From an uncultured Gammaproteobacteria bacterium (lineage in GTDB: Bacteria > Patescibacteriota > Microgenomatia > Levybacterales > UBA12049): a stretch of DNA of 64,000 bases. Positions 9,135 through 19,176 of the stretch are shown piece after piece; position 1 is the stretch's first letter, and each line of letters begins with the position of its first letter. The position numbers and the translations under genes are program-made. Location: assembly GCA_964474445.1 (NCBI GenBank), contig CAYYSJ010000004.1, positions 64,185 through 128,184 of the forward strand, written 5' to 3'. The notes under the pieces were generated by a model. That model was not told the DNA's origin. It did not search any database and saw nothing but the letters and a program-made list of their open reading frames with translations.

Positions 9135-11141
9135 ATGGTAGAAAAACAAGAACAAAAAGTTCAAGGAGATCCATCTGCAGAACGGATTGGTAAACATCCA
9201 TATTCTGTGGCAACAGCGCGTGTGATAGCTGAAATACCTCATACAGAAATAGGAAAACCAAAAGGAGAGATTACAAATCTAGAGCAACACAAGCAAAGAC
9301 TCCATATCATTGAGGCACACGAGTTAAAACATGATCATATTATTGAGGTTTCAACACAAGAGAGATTGGGAGACCCTCATGCGGTCATTACTATTTATGA
9401 TAATGAAGGAGCAGTTTCAAAAGCACTCAAAATTGAAGAGGCAAACCAAAAATGGAGAGCATCTGTTGTAGATTGGTTAGAAAAAGTATCACAAATTCCT
9501 GGAAATAGTATTGCCACTACTGTCAAGGATGTCTATGGCCTAGATGTAAGCAATCGTGAAAGTGCAGACAAAACGCTTGAACAGGTGCGTCACGCTGCTT
9601 TTGATAGACCTGGTTTGCCTGCGGGTGAGCTTAATGTGGAGAAAATTGTGATGCATTTTACTCATACACATAATGAAAAAGGAGAAGAGGAAGGAATACA
9701 AAAGGAAAATGTGGTAGCAGAAGAGTTAACAGCACTAGAACCTTTCCTCTATATTTTTGGTGGGGAGAAAACAGTTGCTCGTCTTAAACATGCTATTTTA
9801 GCAACTTCAGCACTCCTGAATGCTCCTGTCGGATCATCAGAACGCGAAGAATTGGCAACACAAGTTGCTGACCTTTTGGACCAAGATATAGAGCCTGAAA
9901 ATGCAAAGCATTTTGCTCCTTTTGCTTCCTCCGACCCTATCACTCTTGCTGTTCCTATACAAAACGGTGGTCTAACTCCACCAGCAGCTGAGGGTCCAAT
10001 AGATCCAGAAACTGTTGAAAGGGAGGAAGAAGAGCAAGGAAAGGCAGGAGATGGAGAGTTTACAGGCGGACTCAGAGAAAGACGTGGTGTGGAAGCAGTA
10101 ATTGTTGCAGGAGGGGCTAGTGAAGAAGGTGGAAAACCTGTAAAAGGAGAAGAGGGAGCACCAGAGACACAAGAAGATAAGAGAAGATCAGATCAGGTAA
10201 GAAAAGAGGGTTTGCTTGACGCAATGCTTGCAAAAGATCAAGCCCTTTTAGATGCTGTTGAATGGTATAAGCGCGCTGCAAAAGAAACTCCACTGGGTGA
10301 AATTACCGATGGACCACTAACAGGAGAAGGAGCTTGGAAAGATTTAATTTCTGTAGAAAGAGTCCCTGATAATGCTGAGATTACTATTATTGGTGATCCT
10401 AAACAAGGCGATGGGTTTCAAGTGGTAACGTATCATAAAAATGCAGATGCGATAAAGACTCCTCGTAATATGATTGTCTTTAAGACTGAAGGAGGGCAAG
10501 AAGTGAAGGTAAATGTACAACCTGATAAGATTGAAGGAAGACACTTTACGGTTGAAGGAAAGTATATCCGTATGGGAAACGTGAAGTGGAATCAACCATT
10601 ACTTCGAGAATTTTCTATTCCTCTTGAGCTTCCAGGTGGAACGACAGAACAGGTGAGTGGATGGGTTGGTGTTATCATTCGACCTGATGGACGAGTCTTA
10701 ACTTTGCTCAAGAATGGTGCTGCAGCAGAATTTACAACAGTCCGGCTTGCGCAAATGTCAGCCACAAATTATAAAGATCTAACAGCAGCTGCAACGCTTA
10801 GAGCAGAAGCCTCAGGAAATGCTGATAAGGAAAAAGCATATGCTAAGGTTTTCAGTCAGGAACTTCTTTCAATCTTAAGCAAAATTTATGGTAATCCTGA
10901 AAAATTTGAGGAGGCATTGAATAAAGGTGAAGTGCCATGGGGAGATTTATCTCCTGCGAATGAAGATAGAATTGTTGCAACAAATAAATACTTTGTCCTT
11001 CATGTACCTAATGAGTTAGCAGATCAACTTGTTGAAAACGATCAAAAACGTTGGTCTACGATGAAAGAATTGCAAGCATTTGGAGCAGCAGGCGTATTAA
11101 ATGCACTTGGTTCAGCATCATTATTCCCTTTGATTGCTTAA
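9135..11141 (+). CDS. Large acidic hypothetical protein (ORFan)
   Basis: 668-aa ORF; TTGCAT-17-TAATAT 6 nt upstream. Confidence 0.85.
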   Translation: MVEKQEQKVQGDPSAERIGKHPYSVATARVIAEIPHTEIGKPKGEITNLEQHKQRLHIIEAHELKHDHIIEVSTQERLGDPHAVITIYDNEGAVSKALKIEEANQKWRASVVDWLEKVSQIPGNSIATTVKDVYGLDVSNRESADKTLEQVRHAAFDRPGLPAGELNVEKIVMHFTHTHNEKGEEEGIQKENVVAEELTALEPFLYIFGGEKTVARLKHAILATSALLNAPVGSSEREELATQVADLLDQDIEPENAKHFAPFASSDPITLAVPIQNGGLTPPAAEGPIDPETVEREEEEQGKAGDGEFTGGLRERRGVEAVIVAGGASEEGGKPVKGEEGAPETQEDKRRSDQVRKEGLLDAMLAKDQALLDAVEWYKRAAKETPLGEITDGPLTGEGAWKDLISVERVPDNAEITIIGDPKQGDGFQVVTYHKNADAIKTPRNMIVFKTEGGQEVKVNVQPDKIEGRHFTVEGKYIRMGNVKWNQPLLREFSIPLELPGGTTEQVSGWVGVIIRPDGRVLTLLKNGAAAEFTTVRLAQMSATNYKDLTAAATLRAEASGNADKEKAYAKVFSQELLSILSKIYGNPEKFEEALNKGEVPWGDLSPANEDRIVATNKYFVLHVPNELADQLVENDQKRWSTMKELQAFGAAGVLNALGSASLFPLIA

Positions 11142-11163
11142 CCAATTCTTCAAAGTTCTTAAG

Positions 11164-11235
11164 TCGGGGTGGAGAGAATTGAACTCTCTACATCTCGGTC
11201 CCGAACCGAGCATTCTGCCGATGAACTACACCCCG
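11164..11235 (-). tRNA. tRNA-Pro (CGG), CCA not encoded
   Basis: Acceptor stem CGGGGTG/CACCCCG, anticodon arm CTCGG-TTCGGGA-CCGAG, T-loop TTCAATT. Confidence 0.95.
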
Positions 11236-11260
11236 TAGAGTTCAATTTTCTTTTTATCTG

Positions 11261-11334
11261 CGTCCTCGAGAGGAGTCGAACCTCCGATCTTGCCCTTAGG
11301 ACGGGCCTGCTCTATCCAACTGAGCTACGAGGAC
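11261..11334 (-). tRNA. tRNA-Arg (CCU), CCA not encoded
   Basis: Acceptor stem GTCCTCG/CGAGGAC, D-loop with GGA (A20), anticodon loop GTCCTAA, T-loop TTCGACT, discriminator G. Confidence 0.92.
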
Positions 11335-11432
11335 TAGTACTGTGTATTTTAGCATAAAATATCTTCTCTACTTCATTTTTTTTCTCTTACCTTTTTCTTA
11401 TCTTCCGAAGTTAAAATAGCATTTACTTTATC

Positions 11433-12107
11433 ATGAGAAAAAATTTGCTTATCAACTTACTATCAGTTGGAGGCATTGGACTTATTCTTTTTTCCCTTCT
11501 AGGGGTTATCCTGACCTTTGGGCCTGCAGCGTATTTTGAAGTGCAGTATAGACTTTGGAAACTCTCTGGCATTGGACACTATATTGTTGACCCAATAAAT
11601 CATATGAGACAAGGGAAATTTTTATCATCGAACTTTATTGGTACTCATTCTAATAGTATTAGTATGAATCCTATTGATACATTATTTAGTATTTTGATAC
11701 CTAAGATTGGAGCTAATGCTCGGATTACTGCAAACGTTGACGCCATTGATAAAAATGTCTATGTACCTATCCTTCGGCAATCTGTTGCTCATGCAAAAGG
11801 AAGTGCATTACCAGACGAAAAAGGGAGTGTATACCTTTTTGCCCATTCTACTGATAACTTCTGGAATGTTGGATTATATAACGCAGTCTTTTACTTGCTG
11901 AAAGAACTCGAAAAAGGGGATAGTATTGTTGTTTACTACAAAAATGAGCGTTACGACTATACAGTTATGGACAAAAAGATTGTGGAGCCATCCAGTGTTG
12001 GATACCTGTTCGATGCTCGAAAATCAGAAAAACAGCTTATTCTTCAGACCTGTTGGCCTCCTGGTACAACGTGGAAGAGATTGTTAGTTATAGCCAAACC
12101 GAGTTGA
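11433..12107 (+). CDS. Sortase family protein
   Basis: N-terminal TM, FAHS His, LQTCWPPGT Cys, KRLLV Arg. Confidence 0.9.
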   Translation: MRKNLLINLLSVGGIGLILFSLLGVILTFGPAAYFEVQYRLWKLSGIGHYIVDPINHMRQGKFLSSNFIGTHSNSISMNPIDTLFSILIPKIGANARITANVDAIDKNVYVPILRQSVAHAKGSALPDEKGSVYLFAHSTDNFWNVGLYNAVFYLLKELEKGDSIVVYYKNERYDYTVMDKKIVEPSSVGYLFDARKSEKQLILQTCWPPGTTWKRLLVIAKPS

Positions 12108-12129
12108 CTTTACTATAATCTAGGCTAAG

Positions 12130-12510
12130 ATGAAAAACGAAAAAATACGATTATTTGGTGGCGCTACACCAGTTGCTCAGCAACTTGCTAGTGAACACCC
12201 TCTGGTGGGATCACCACCAACGTGTCCAATAACAGGGGAAGTATGCCCGACTAATTGTCCAAATTTTGCAAGGCTGGTAGTGTCTAGGACTCTAGTACCT
12301 GATGCATATGCTGTTATTAAAGAATCAGCCATCAGTACACGACGTCTCCTCACTATGTCTGATGAGCCTGATGGGTTGCTACCCTCGTCGCAAGGGCCCT
12401 TAGGAGACATGGCAGATACAATGAGTGGTTTAGTAGTTGGTCTCAATAATACACTAGCGGAAAGTGCAGGCATATCACCTAAATCCTGTCCCAAAAACCA
12501 ACGCGACTAA
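12130..12510 (+). CDS. Hypothetical protein with C-x6-C-x3-C cluster
   Basis: 126-aa ORF with CPITGEVCPTNCP. Confidence 0.6.
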   Translation: MKNEKIRLFGGATPVAQQLASEHPLVGSPPTCPITGEVCPTNCPNFARLVVSRTLVPDAYAVIKESAISTRRLLTMSDEPDGLLPSSQGPLGDMADTMSGLVVGLNNTLAESAGISPKSCPKNQRD

Positions 12511-12522
12511 TAATCTCTCTTG

Positions 12523-13821
12523 TTACTTGAGCCCAATAGAGTAGAGGTTGGGAAGTGTATCTGAATTCCCTAGGTTGGTTAACATCACAATTTGTGTGGC
12601 TGTTGGCCATGGGAAAACATAATTATCTGCAAATGGTCCGGCATAGATAATTGTATTATTTTGCCCGTCGTATTCTCTAATATTGACCTTTTTATCAACA
12701 ACAACAATCAAATGTTTTGAATCAGGAAACCACATGATAGGAAGTGTTTTTGTGTCTGAAGTGATAGTGAGGCTATCTAAAATCCTAAAATTCTTATCTT
12801 CTTTGGTATCATAGACATAGACGCTTCCTTTTTGTAAAGTTCGTTCCTCAGGGGTGGGATTTGCACCGATGAGTACTGGTTTAATAATTTGTTGGAGGGT
12901 TGCTGCATTTGATGCGGTGTACAAGATTTTTGTTTCATCAGGCGACCAGGCGATGATGGAGGTATTATCTGTTATAAATTTCTTCAAATCTGGCTTAAGT
13001 GTATTTAAACGTGACGTTGCTTTATCGTCAGTGAGCTTTTGCCAGGAATCAGTAACAGTTGAGAGAGTCTCTGTTACGTCTTTTGGTGTTTGGTTAAATG
13101 TTGTTGCATCCAGCAGATACATTGTTGGTTTAGCTCCACTTAGGTTAGGAATAGTAGCAAGTATCTGTTGTCCATCAGGTGACCATGAAAGAGTTGCATT
13201 ATCAAACGTCACAACTGTCCCATCAGCCACTTGCGTTGAAGCAGATTGAAGGGTAATAAGTGACCTATTTGCCATGTCCAGAACATACACACCATTTTTT
13301 CGTGCTGATTGGGAAGCAACAACATAAGCAATCTTGGTCATAGTTGGATCGATTGCTGGACTCAGTATTCCAGTAGAGGTTATACCTTCAAGTTTGGGTG
13401 TTGTAGGAAAAAGAAATGCTTCTGCTTTGCTAACAACTTCCTTTTCAATTTTTATTTTTTTCTCCCAAGGGAAATAACCATCTTTAAAAATTTTAATTCT
13501 GTACTCTCCAGGTGCTAAGTTGATCGTATTATTTGTTGCTGTTGTTAAGTGGTCGTTAACAAAAACCTGTGCACCATCAGGCGTGCTGGTTGCTACTAAC
13601 AGCCCTGTCCCGTGAATAATAGAGCGAGTGTTACTGAAATCGAGTCTATACCCACTCCCATACATCACTGCGATGGTAGTTCCTACGACCAGAAAGATAA
13701 TAACAGCAATTGATATAAATAATTGTTTTTTCATTGACGATTTTTTTGTCTGTGTCACCTCTGATGAAACTGGTTGTTCTTTGTCAGAGTTCAGATTTGG
13801 TTGGGCAGTTGATTGTTCCAT
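12523..13821 (-). CDS. Membrane-anchored PEGA domain plus beta-propeller (TolB-like) protein
   Basis: TM, STPDGAQVFVN...LAPGEY.I.I.KDGY (PEGA), repeated WSPD/WFPD blades. Confidence 0.85.
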   Translation of the reverse strand: MEQSTAQPNLNSDKEQPVSSEVTQTKKSSMKKQLFISIAVIIFLVVGTTIAVMYGSGYRLDFSNTRSIIHGTGLLVATSTPDGAQVFVNDHLTTATNNTINLAPGEYRIKIFKDGYFPWEKKIKIEKEVVSKAEAFLFPTTPKLEGITSTGILSPAIDPTMTKIAYVVASQSARKNGVYVLDMANRSLITLQSASTQVADGTVVTFDNATLSWSPDGQQILATIPNLSGAKPTMYLLDATTFNQTPKDVTETLSTVTDSWQKLTDDKATSRLNTLKPDLKKFITDNTSIIAWSPDETKILYTASNAATLQQIIKPVLIGANPTPEERTLQKGSVYVYDTKEDKNFRILDSLTITSDTKTLPIMWFPDSKHLIVVVDKKVNIREYDGQNNTIIYAGPFADNYVFPWPTATQIVMLTNLGNSDTLPNLYSIGLK

Positions 13822-13884
13822 TGTATTATTCTCTCATGGTCTTTTAACGATGGAGCAATGAAACCATGGAGCAATGCTCTTACT

Positions 13885-13937
13885 ATTATACTGCAAGTAA
13901 AATAGGCCTTGCAAGACAAAGAGGGCCTCACTATAAT
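13885..13937. promoter_or_regulatory. Divergent promoters sharing one palindromic -35 (TTGCAA)
   Basis: Plus strand: TTGCAA (13909-14), 17 nt, TATAAT (13932-37). Minus strand: TTGCAA, 18 nt, TATAAT (13890-13885). Confidence 0.65.
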
Positions 13938-14049
13938 CAATTTTATCATGGCTACTTCTTAAAAAGGTATAGATAGTAAGTAGTTTGATATAGTTAAGGG
14001 GAAAGAAGAAAGTATTAAGCATTCACATTTACCTTAACCCATTTTCATT

Positions 14050-15066
14050 ATGTTTTCTAAACGTGTTGGAATCGATCTTGGTACTGCAAATACGCTTGTC
14101 TATTTGGCAGGAGAAGGAATTGTTCTCAATGAGCCAACTGTCGTAGCAGTTACTGCAGAGGAAAATCGAGTTGTTGCAGTTGGCAAAGAAGCGAAAGAGA
14201 TGTTAGGTCGTACCCCAGGTAATATTGTTGCCCAGCGTCCAATGCGGGATGGTGTTATTGCTGACTATACTATTACTGAAGCAATGCTCTCCTACTTTAT
14301 TGATAAAGCTTGTGGGAAATCTCGTTTTTTCAAACCTGAAGTTATGATTTGTATCCCAAGCGGTGTGACCCAGGTTGAAAGGCGAGCGGTTCTTGATGCA
14401 ACAATGGCTGCTGGAGCACGGGCAGCCTATCTTATTGAAGAGCCTTTAGCTGCAGCGATTGGTGCAAAAATTCCTATTGCTCAGGCTGCGGGGCATATGG
14501 TTGTCGATATTGGAGGAGGCTCAACAGAAGCGGCTGTTATCTCTCTCGGAGGCGTGGTCGTGCATAACTCAGTGCGAGTTGGAGGAAACAAGATTGATGA
14601 GGCCATTGCCAACTATATTAAGCATAAATTTAATTTGCTCGTCGGTGAACGAACATCAGAGGAAATAAAAATTACTATTGGAAATGCTTTCGTGACAGAT
14701 CATGATAAGAAAGATCCAAAGAAAATGGAAATACGGGGTCGAGATAGTATTACTGGGCTTCCTCGAACTGTTGAGATAAGTGAAATTCAAATTAACGAGG
14801 CAATTCAGAATCCTCTACTTGATATTATTGGTGGAGTGAAAAAAGTATTGGAAGATACTCCTCCAGAATTGGCAAGCGATATTATTGATAAAGGCATTGT
14901 CATGTCAGGAGGGACATCTCTTCTTCATAATCTTGATAAACTCATGACCGATATGACAGGAGTCCCATGTCATGTGGCAGAAGACTCTCTTCTGTGTGTT
15001 GTACGGGGAACTGGAGTTGCACTGGAAAATATAGAGTTGTACAAAAGAAGCATTTCACGAAAGTGA
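14050..15066 (+). CDS. mreB: Rod shape-determining protein MreB
   Basis: GIDLGTANT, EPTVVA, DIGGG, TPPELASDI, GGTSLL. Confidence 0.97.
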   Translation: MFSKRVGIDLGTANTLVYLAGEGIVLNEPTVVAVTAEENRVVAVGKEAKEMLGRTPGNIVAQRPMRDGVIADYTITEAMLSYFIDKACGKSRFFKPEVMICIPSGVTQVERRAVLDATMAAGARAAYLIEEPLAAAIGAKIPIAQAAGHMVVDIGGGSTEAAVISLGGVVVHNSVRVGGNKIDEAIANYIKHKFNLLVGERTSEEIKITIGNAFVTDHDKKDPKKMEIRGRDSITGLPRTVEISEIQINEAIQNPLLDIIGGVKKVLEDTPPELASDIIDKGIVMSGGTSLLHNLDKLMTDMTGVPCHVAEDSLLCVVRGTGVALENIELYKRSISRK

Positions 15067-15073
15067 AATGCTT
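15048..15073 (+). terminator. Perfect 11-bp hairpin over the mreB stop (terminator or 3' stabiliser)
   Basis: AAGCATTTCAC-GAAA-GTGAAATGCTT; no clear U-tract on the plus strand. Confidence 0.5.
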
Positions 15074-15243
15074 GAGCATTGCTTAAATAGCTTATATTAA
15101 GCTGAGAAATAACGTTAGCGTGTGGATGAAGGATAATTTTCACAAAATTTACTAGAGTGTATTATATCACTATAACTAAAATATCTGAAAGCAAAAATCA
15201 CATACACTATTTAGCTTCAATGATAAAAAATCAATCTTAAGTA

Positions 15244-16137
15244 ATGAAAATAAAAAATACTCAAAATTTGCAGAATAATCAAAAAGAGAATCAGCTAATT
15301 AAGGTTTATAGTAAAAAATCTTTTCTTGTGAAAAAGAAAATATTGTCAATAGATGTCACAAGCACTAGAAAAGAAGAAATCTTAGAGTATATTATCAGTT
15401 CGATTAAAAATTCCTCTGAAAATTACTACATTACTACTCCAAATCCCGAAATGGTAGTGTATGCATCACATCATCCCGAAGTTCAATCTATCTTAAACGG
15501 TTCTAGAATAGCCTTATGTGATGGTATAGGTCTTTACTTGGGAGCTCAAATACTTGGAAAACCGCTTAATGAACGCTTTACAGGGGTAGAAATGGTTGAA
15601 AGGCTCTGTGAAAAAGCAAACGAACAGCTTGTCACAATAGGATTTTTTGGCGGAAGGCCAGGGGTAGCAGAAAAGACATCTGAGTGCTTACGAAAAAGGT
15701 ACCCAAACCTCAAAGTTGTCTTTGCTAGTGATACATGGAATGACACCATATCTAGTCATAAAGCAGATGTCAGTAAAGAGTCTCACGAAGACAGGAAGAT
15801 AGAGAAGGGGAAAATGTCACCTACTCAAAACAAGCTATATACCCCGGTTATAGACATCCTTTTTGTAGCACTTGGTTTCCCCAAACAGGAAGAGTGGATG
15901 GCATCTCATGTACACAACATACCGGTTCGAGTAACGGTTGGGGTAGGGGGAGCATTTGACTATCTATCGGGACGAGTACCAAGAGCGCCAAAATGGATAC
16001 AAAATATTGGGTTTGAATGGCTATTTCGATTGATGGTACAGCCGTGGCGATTGAAGCGTCAACTTGCGTTGCCAGAGTTTGCTTGGATGGTCGCAAAAGA
16101 AAAGTTTTCATTCTCAAAAGATCGCAAATTCCTTTAA
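15244..16137 (+). CDS. WecB/TagA/CpsF family glycosyltransferase (GT26)
   Basis: TPNPE, DGIG, FVALGFPKQE, GVGGAFD, RAPKW...EWLFRL; true start may be downstream. Confidence 0.93.
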   Translation: MKIKNTQNLQNNQKENQLIKVYSKKSFLVKKKILSIDVTSTRKEEILEYIISSIKNSSENYYITTPNPEMVVYASHHPEVQSILNGSRIALCDGIGLYLGAQILGKPLNERFTGVEMVERLCEKANEQLVTIGFFGGRPGVAEKTSECLRKRYPNLKVVFASDTWNDTISSHKADVSKESHEDRKIEKGKMSPTQNKLYTPVIDILFVALGFPKQEEWMASHVHNIPVRVTVGVGGAFDYLSGRVPRAPKWIQNIGFEWLFRLMVQPWRLKRQLALPEFAWMVAKEKFSFSKDRKFL

Positions 16138-16182
16138 GAAGCCTTCTGTTATTGAGCGATATGTTTATTTGATTGAACGTTT

Positions 16183-17721
16183 TTATCTTCTTGTGTGAGT
16201 TGTTGCTCCTATAGCATCTCTTACAAACTTCATTGCCCAGCCATAGACATTTCTTTCTTCAAGAGTTTGAACCATTTGCTTTGTAATCTTTATCCGAGTC
16301 TCTTTTGGCATCGTCAGTGCCTTATGGATAGCCTCTGCCACTTCTTCTACATTATATGGATTCACAATGAGACTTGCGGTCAAATCGATAGCAGAGCCTG
16401 CAAATTGAGACAAAACAAGCACACCAGGGTTATCAGACAAAGATGCTGCAACAATAAATTCTTTGGAAACTAAATTCATTCCATCATCAAGAGGTGTTAC
16501 CAACCCAACCTGTGCTTTTCTATAAAGATTAAGAATTTCAGGGCGTGTATAAGTACCTGATACCAGATGAATAGGTCTCCAGCCGTCTTTTTCGTATTTC
16601 TCATTAATTTCTTTTGTAAGAGAATAGACATTTTTTTTCAGTTCTTTGTACGCAGGAATTTGTTCCCTTGATGGAGAAAGTACGCCAAGGTAGGAAACAT
16701 TCCCAATATACTCTGGGTGCTCCTGAAAGAACCGATCTAAGGCAAGAAGTCTTAAGCGCAACCCTTTTGTATAGTCAAGCCTATCTACTCCAAGGATGAC
16801 ACGATTCTGTTTAAAGAAGAGGTCAATATCAGATTGTCCAGAAGAGTTATCTTCCTTAGATTTTTCTTGAAGTCCTAGAAGACCCCGGACAATTGTTGTA
16901 AGGATAGTATCCGATTGTTGTGGTTGGAGAGTTGTCATAATGACGTCAGTATCAATACCCATAGGAAGACTTTTAACAGTTGTGACATGATTTTTGTAGT
17001 GGATACTTCTTGTTTCCAAGTCAACCCGTGCTTCAAATTCTCTTACAACCGTATTAATGAAATTTTGTGCTTGGTATCCTCTATGAAATGCAATGTAGTC
17101 ACACATAAGCATACTTTCAAGAAGTTCTTTTTTCTGAGGTAATATACGAAAGATTTCCCACGTTGGCCATGGTATATGCCAAAACATCCCAACAACTGCA
17201 CCTTTTGGTTTATTAAGGAATGCGGGAACAAGTGCTAGTTGGTAATCATTAATCCATACGACATCATTGCCGTGGAGGTAAGACTTAATAGACTCAGCAT
17301 ACGTTTTATTGACTCTTTTATATCCTTCATACCATGCAGAGTTAAACTCGGGCCGTTGAAATGCAATATGACAGAGGGGCCAGAGTGTTTGGTTGGAAAA
17401 TCCATAATAATAGTCAGAGAGATCTTCTTCAGAGAAAAAAAGACGTTTTAGAAGGTATTCATCAGGAGTTCCTGCATTAACAGCAATTTCATTACGGTTA
17501 TTTAGGACTTCTTTATCTGTTGCTGATTTTCCTCTTGCAATATAGATTGCATGAGATGCTCTGGCAATTGGTTCAAGGGCGACTCCAACCCCACCTGCGG
17601 GAATAGAGTAGGTAATTTCTCCTTTTGCTTTTTCATGAGCAATAGGTTCTGCATCAGCTGCAATAATAAGCTTTCGATCCAATTTAGAAAAAAAATCCTG
17701 CACGTCAAAAAAATTTGGCAT
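16183..17721 (-). CDS. otsA: Trehalose-6-phosphate synthase (GT20)
   Basis: YYYGFSNQTLWPLCH, WINDYQL, FWHIPWP, GVDRLDYTKG, DGMNLVSKEF, SQFAGSA. Confidence 0.92.
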   Translation of the reverse strand: MPNFFDVQDFFSKLDRKLIIAADAEPIAHEKAKGEITYSIPAGGVGVALEPIARASHAIYIARGKSATDKEVLNNRNEIAVNAGTPDEYLLKRLFFSEEDLSDYYYGFSNQTLWPLCHIAFQRPEFNSAWYEGYKRVNKTYAESIKSYLHGNDVVWINDYQLALVPAFLNKPKGAVVGMFWHIPWPTWEIFRILPQKKELLESMLMCDYIAFHRGYQAQNFINTVVREFEARVDLETRSIHYKNHVTTVKSLPMGIDTDVIMTTLQPQQSDTILTTIVRGLLGLQEKSKEDNSSGQSDIDLFFKQNRVILGVDRLDYTKGLRLRLLALDRFFQEHPEYIGNVSYLGVLSPSREQIPAYKELKKNVYSLTKEINEKYEKDGWRPIHLVSGTYTRPEILNLYRKAQVGLVTPLDDGMNLVSKEFIVAASLSDNPGVLVLSQFAGSAIDLTASLIVNPYNVEEVAEAIHKALTMPKETRIKITKQMVQTLEERNVYGWAMKFVRDAIGATTHTRR

Positions 17722-17832
17722 AAAAAATGATAACTTATGAAAAGTTTTTACCTATTACGATACATTTTATTATAGTCATATTTTAATGATTTATGTATAC
17801 ATCGTCTCATTATCCATTCGTTCATAACATAT

Positions 17833-18954
17833 TTATATCTCTGCTGGATTGTCTTTATATGTTGCAAGTGTTTCTCTTACTTTCCCCATATATGTTTGCC
17901 AATGCTCAAGTGTTGTTCTATATGCCATTTCATATCCTTCAACCATTGTATCAACAGAAAACTTTTTTTGTATAAAAGATCGGCAATCTTCCCTTTTTAT
18001 GCCATCAATAACATGTATCTTTTCTGCCATTTCGTCAACAGAATCCACAAGAAAGCCTGTTTGAGTATTATTGATAACTTCACTAGCTGCTCCCCGATTA
18101 AAAGCAATAACAGGTGTTCCTACAGCTTGTGCTTCAGCCATGACGAGGCCAAAAGGTTCTTCCCATTGAATGGGATTAAGAAGAACCTTTGCTCCTTGAA
18201 GAAGTTGGGCCTTATATGGCATACCAATTTCTCCTACAAATTCTACTCCTTTTCCATCAATAAGAGGTTTAACCTCTTTCTCAAAGTATTCTAGGGACTC
18301 TGTAATACCTGGGTCAACAACACCTGCAACTTTTATCATAACGCCTGCTTTTTTTGCTGCCAGAATTGCTTCTTTTGTTCCTTTGTGAGGCACAATTTTC
18401 CCGAGCCACATGACATAGTTTTTTGGAGTGAGGGAGAAAGGGAATTGCTGAGTATCAAGTGCGTTATAGACAGTAGAGATAAAATTGAGTGGCATGCCTT
18501 GCTGTTGAGCTTTTGAAATGGAGGTAAAAGGTAAGTCTTTATATTTTAAAAGAACAGTATATCGTTCTGGTCGCCATACTTTACTAGGAAGTGCAAAATG
18601 GAGTGTTGTTAAAACAGGAGTTTTGGAAAAGGAAGCTAGCGGAAGTGCCATATAATCCTGGTTTTTATTTAAATGCACATGGAGAATATCAAATTCTTCT
18701 ATGCGATCAAATGCTTGGGAAATGTGATAGAGGTGATAGGAAATATCAGTCCAAGGGATATTTTTATCCCGCAAGGGGAGAGTGACAGTTGGGGAAAGAC
18801 GGGCTTTCGTTTTGGAAGTTGCCGGTGCAAAAAGTGTAACATCGTGTCCTTTTTCTACCAAACCATCTGCAAGATGATAGACAACATCTTCTGTCCCTCC
18901 ATACTTTGGTGGGGGGGTATTAATCCAGATAGTATCCAGAATGCCAATTTTCAT
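17833..18954 (-). CDS. Glycosyltransferase family 4
   Basis: PPPKYGGTE, EEPFGLVMAEA (Ex7E). Confidence 0.93.
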   Translation of the reverse strand: MKIGILDTIWINTPPPKYGGTEDVVYHLADGLVEKGHDVTLFAPATSKTKARLSPTVTLPLRDKNIPWTDISYHLYHISQAFDRIEEFDILHVHLNKNQDYMALPLASFSKTPVLTTLHFALPSKVWRPERYTVLLKYKDLPFTSISKAQQQGMPLNFISTVYNALDTQQFPFSLTPKNYVMWLGKIVPHKGTKEAILAAKKAGVMIKVAGVVDPGITESLEYFEKEVKPLIDGKGVEFVGEIGMPYKAQLLQGAKVLLNPIQWEEPFGLVMAEAQAVGTPVIAFNRGAASEVINNTQTGFLVDSVDEMAEKIHVIDGIKREDCRSFIQKKFSVDTMVEGYEMAYRTTLEHWQTYMGKVRETLATYKDNPAEI

Positions 18955-19176
18955 AGTTGTTCGTTCATGGTTGATAGAATGTATTCTATTGTTGTAAACA
19001 ATGAACTTTTACTCAATTGCCATTGTAAGTATTGTACATCGTTTCCTTCGTAATAGAAGTGTAGTAGTATTGTAATAAGGTAGTTGAAAATGGAAGTTAG
19101 GTAATTGATGATAGATGTTGCAGATGAGGAATAGTCCTCTATTTTCTATCTTTTTTTCTCTATCTTCTTGATAGTT

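Noticed and set aside
9135-11334. Island integrated at the tRNA 3' ends
   Set aside because: No integrase and no duplicated tRNA end seen.
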